A DNA stretch of 64,000 bases from contig OU015567.1 of NCBI GenBank assembly GCA_907165135.1, forward strand, positions 7,626,001 to 7,690,000. Reading direction: 5' to 3'. This document shows, one piece after another, positions 60,301 through 64,000 of this stretch (position 1 is its first letter; the number at the start of each line of letters is the position of its first letter). The notes below the pieces were generated by a model. It was not told where the DNA came from, did not search any database, and saw only the letters and a list, made by a program, of their open reading frames with translations. The position numbers were made by a program, and so were the translations under genes. Source of the stretch: Oikopleura dioica (Eukaryota > Animalia > Chordata).

Positions 60301-63300
60301 CACACTCGCACAAATACGATCCATCGGTATTAATGCATTTTTGTGCGCATGTATTCAGTAATCGGTTTTCGCATTCATCTGTATCCAAACAAACTACCTT
60401 GCCTATTTCGTCAAGATAGTATCCTTCCGGACACGTACAGTAAGGAAGCCATTCGACTGGATTTAGATTGCAAATCGCGTTTCCCAGGCAAATGTTATGA
60501 CGCTCACTGCAGACGTCGATTTTTGTGCAAGTATGATTTCCATCTTTGAAAACGAAACCCTCAAAAGTATGAACGCAATTGCATCCTTCCAAAATATGAT
60601 CTTCCTTGCATTCAATAAGATTGTCAAGTTTTTTACACGATGCAAAAGTTGCTTGGCCAGTTTTCATGCTATAAAACTTACTCGGGCACCTTATCGGATT
60701 CTTGCTCCCCTCGCCACAGTAAAATCCCATCGGGCAAACTTCGCAATCTTCAATTGTTTGTCCTCCTTTTTCGTCGTTAAACGTTCCCGCAGGACAGAGA
60801 ATTTCCTCGGTGGATGTGATGTTCTCGTTAGAAGGGCAGTATTTTCCTTTCCCGCAAGTTCTGCACTCGTCCACGCTTTTTGCTCTTTCTGTCGGAAGAA
60901 AAGTGCCTTTTGGACATTTTGTAGGATCGACGGAGCTTTCGGGGCAGTAATGACCGATCGGGCAGCTCTTGCAATCGCTTCTCGCAGAAGCTTTGGGTTC
61001 ATTACGAAAAGTGCCAGGGGGACATTCAGTCATGCTGGTACTTTTAAAAGAGCAGTAATGTCCGGGATCGCATGGAGAACAGACCGTTCCATTTACAAAC
61101 TCGCCAGTTGGACAAGGCACTCCTTTACTTGCTCCTTCTTGACAGTACAATCCCTCTTCGCAGGGGTAGCAAAAGTCCTTTCCTCGGTAATTCTGATAAG
61201 TTCCTTCTTCACAGGGAACCGCGAACTGGGGTCGGGAACCCACCACAATATTTCGAGGAGGGGAGGGGTTTCCCATTTTGGTTGGTTTTTGGTGGGTTTT
61301 TCATTTGGTTGGTTTTTGAGGGGTTTTAAGGGGTCTCTGGTGGGTTTTTGGTGGGATTTTTTTTGTCCTATCCAAGGTAAAGAAAAAATGAATATTTTTA
61401 CATAAATATAGTTTTATTAATAGAAAAATAATGATGAAATTCTTTATTTTTTTAAACTCTTGAGGACTTTTTCCATCTCTTCGCCATAACCAAATTGAAG
61501 AAATGTTTCAACCGTTTTTGTTTTCAGTGACTCCCTGTCCGAAGAATAAAATTTTGAGCAACGGGCAAAGACACGCTCTTGGCAGCTGCTTGAACAAACC
61601 GATCCACGAAAAAGCTAGATATTATTCTTTAACGCTCAAAGAAACAACCTCACCAATCGTTTATGAAAGTTAAATATAAGAAAAAACAAATCTAGAACAA
61701 TTACCTATTTTGATAATCAGAGTGCTCGTTCTCGAAACTTTTCCATTGAGAAGGGAGCACCATTCCATCACCGGTCGAATATGAATCCGTCGAATATGCA
61801 CCGAAATCATAAAAAAACCCACCAAAAACCAACCAAAATCATCAAAATTCCCACCAAAAACCCACCAAATCGCAAAATTCGAGGTGGGTGAGGGTCAGGC
61901 TGAAAACCCACCAAAAATCCCTTAAAAAAAAACCCACCATAACCAACCTCAACATGGTGGGTTCCCGACCCCAGACCGCGAATTCCAAATAAGCGTTGCA
62001 TTTGTGACCTAGCGGGCAATACTCACAACTACTCGGGCTTGCGAATCCATACATTTGATTATTGTAAGTTTCCAAATTCTGGAATGTTCCTGATTTGCAT
62101 GGTATTTCTACAGGAGTGCTCCTGGGGCAATAAGTTCCAAATCGACATTTAATGCAGCTCGTGATATTATGTTGGCCTGTCAGAGGTTGAATAGTTCCTG
62201 GAGGACATTCAGTTTGTGAACTTGAACCGACTCCACAATAGTATCCAGCGTTACATGTCTGACAAGAGGTCGCGCGCTCTACTTTGTTATAACTACCAGC
62301 CGGGCAGGGAGAACAAATATGCCAGCCTACTTCGTCTATTGTCTGGTAAGTCCCAGGTGGACAGGGGGCTAGGAGCTATTTAAAATTTAATCTTTATGAT
62401 GAAAATCATCAATTTCTAATAAATGATACCTGAAACTCCAGCCGCATCACATGAGAATCCTGACTCGCATGGTCTACATGAGGTCTGCCCAGTTTGAAGC
62501 GTGATGGTTCCCGGCTCGCAAGGTTTGCAAAGGGCAGCTCCAGGTTCATCTTGATAGGTCATCGAAAGACATGGTAGGGGCGACGGCGAGGCTGACGGAC
62601 AATAATGACCTGTCAAGCAAGTCGTGCACTGATCACTTAGCCCCTCGATTGAATTAAAAGTCCCTGGCTCGCAATCAACACAAATGTAGTTGTTGTGCTC
62701 ATCGATGATTTGTCGAGTACCAACTGGACATGGATAACTTCCGATTCCGTCTTTTGTGCAAAAAAATCCACTCTCACAGATATCACAGCTTGAACTGCCT
62801 AAATTAGGCGCTGTAGTGCCATTTGCACAGACAATGCAATAGTTTTGTTCGATTTCGTCCTGATATTCTCCGGCGGGACATTGAAGGCAAGGGAATTTGC
62901 CATTTCCGCCTTCAGAATAATATCCCTCGCCACAATTACAATCAGTTTCTGCAGTGGCTGTCTTGTGACATTCAATATGGTCATCAACAAAGAAACAATT
63001 GGTAAAATCACTCTGGACTGCGAATGAGATTTTTCCATTCTGGTAATGTCCGACTGGCCCAGTTGTCCAAAGATTTTCGTTCAGAGAAGTGTTTGAGACG
63101 AATAACATTGTGAATTGGTCTTTTTTATGAAGAACTCTTATCCTTAAATTCTGAATGTCCACTGTTGGAATGTATTTCTTCATGGAATGAAGGCCAAAGT
63201 CATTTACTGATTTCACGTCTACCGAAAGAAATCTTCCCTTTTCATCGACATCAGAACTGATTGTCAAATAATCAGAGTCATATAAATTCGGAAGGTAATC

Positions 63301-64000
63301 AACGGAATCATCAAAAGCTGAAAACCACAGTGAAGTACTAAACATATTTGCGGGTATTTCGTGGGGGATCCTTGGATACGTCGCGTCACCATCTGCAAGC
63401 TCACTAGTTATCTCATATGTCTCATTGAATTGGCCTTCGTGGAGCTCTGTTGTAAAGTGTGAGCCAGCAGGACATCGGGTTTCTACATCAGCGGAACAGT
63501 AATTATTATCCGAACATGGAACTGGCGTGTCTTGATAAATTCGATGTCCAACGTCTGGGCAGAGAAAACCATCTGGACAAACTTCAGGGTGAATAGTTCC
63601 AAGTCCAGTTCCTACCCAAAACCCAGGTTGCGCTCGAGAGCAATTGAATGATGGAGATACATTGCTGTACTGCCCAAACGGACATCGTGCGCAAAGTCCT
63701 GTGCCCAAGTTGTAATATTGTCCAGGCGGACAAGGCTCACAGAATTCATCTTGTCCACGCACGTATCCGTGATTGCACTGGCAGTCATTCACGGAAGTTG
63801 CAGTTTTATAGCAGCGAAGATAATTCTCAGTATCAAAGAAACAACCTGTCCAATCTGAAGAAACTGCAGTCATTATGTTCACCATTCCAATCCAAGGCTC
63901 AGAAGCATCTCCTGGATTGTCGATTGGTTGAACATCAATATGACAAAATTTGTCTGTATGGCATAAAACTGTAAACATATTCCACTGCTGAAGGTCGATT
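54352..64000 (-). CDS. Polycystin-1-like receptor/channel (GCC2/GCC3 Cys-rich repeats, EGF-Ca, GAIN/GPS, PLAT, polycystin channel domain), 5' partial
   Basis: CxPCPxGxY repeats, EGF-Ca ([32 protein letters not shown]), GPS-like ASCQILDSAAGTWDYDTCQV...TSCDC, TM1, PLAT (YLIVVRTS...SWRPESVKV) and channel region WIDNSTSFLMIEQTYFNGNINIFAQLRLTFE. Confidence 0.87.
56012..56130 (+). rRNA. 5S rRNA
   Basis: 119 nt GCTTAGCGTCATACC...GGTTAGTACT...GGGAATACCTCGTGCGCTAAGCA, helix I GCTTAGCG/CGCTAAGC, box A and box C, TTTT terminator, TATA-like element near -30. Confidence 0.93.
56391..56483 (+). ncRNA. Spliced-leader RNA gene (40-nt SL exon 56391-56430 plus donor GTAAG); 3' end approximate
   Basis: ACTCATCCCATTTTTGAGTCCGATTTCGATTGTCTAACAG|GTAAG matches, from memory, the O. 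dioica SL reported by Ganot et al. 2004. Confidence 0.93.
56518..56937. mobile_element. Composite of MITE termini (same family as 47989-48583) at the palindrome centre
   Basis: GACGCGCTTTTTTAAG at 56518, AACCTTAAAAAAGCACGTC at 56691-56709 and AAAAAAGCGCGTC ending 56937, plus repeated GCCAACTTCCG/CGGAAGTTGGC motifs shared with the 48-kb MITE. Confidence 0.75.
56982..57074 (-). ncRNA. Spliced-leader RNA gene, second copy (SL exon 57035-57074); 3' end approximate
   Basis: Exact reverse complement of the 40-nt SL exon and its GTAAG donor. Confidence 0.93.
57335..57453 (-). rRNA. 5S rRNA, second copy
   Basis: Reverse complement of 56012-56130, with a G8>T change visible in helix I. Confidence 0.92.
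61226..61974. mobile_element. Non-autonomous TIR element (749 bp, 8-bp TSD, hAT-like) in a PKD1-like coding exon; candidate introner
   Basis: TSD ACCGCGAA (61218-61225, 61975-61982), 20-bp perfect TIR CTGGGGTCGGGAACCCACCA and inverted subterminal (AAAACCCACC)-type repeats. Confidence 0.93.

Noticed and set aside
16091-61900. Shared 11-mer TGGGTGAGGGT in the CDC123 and PKD1-like elements as evidence of one family
   Set aside because: The TIRs and subterminal repeats are unrelated, and a single low-complexity 11-mer is insufficient.
1-64000. Prokaryotic or viral origin, or a defence island
   Set aside because: Spliceosomal introns, SL RNA genes and eukaryote-specific genes occur throughout.

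Overview
Compact, intron-containing eukaryotic genome segment, almost certainly the larvacean tunicate Oikopleura dioica. The assignment rests on a 40-nt exon matching, from memory, the published O. dioica spliced leader (SL), 40-70 nt introns with frequent GA-AG/GC-AG boundaries, and 70-200 nt intergenic gaps with AG|A..ATG acceptors. Gene order: 3' end of midasin (upstream intron likely holds an LTR end); divergent K50 homeobox (-); tetraspanin-like (+); vWA mini-collagen (-); kelch-like secreted protein (+); tRNA-Ile/tRNA-Phe pair 8 nt apart (-); a probable operon-like run NFX1-ALKBH5-CDC123-JmjC-orphan-TPX2-like; HEATR1-NUBP1; DNAH5/8; MKS1; a second run NEDD1-small ORF-MRPL9-CCDC174-hypothetical; and a polycystin-1-like gene (-) running off the right end. 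Two main signals stand out. (1) Three unrelated TIR elements, each with an 8-bp target-site duplication, sit inside coding exons (CDC123, HEATR1, PKD1-like). Each offers an in-frame splice solution from its own termini or TSD, i.e. candidate introner-type intron gain. The PKD1-like case is a clean GT-AG intron leaving only a 2-aa duplication. (2) A ~1.5-kb palindromic 5S rRNA-SL RNA double cassette, centred on ends of a MITE family found free at 48 kb, fills an intron of the PKD1-like gene. Exon boundaries were read by eye, and no splicing prediction has transcript support here.
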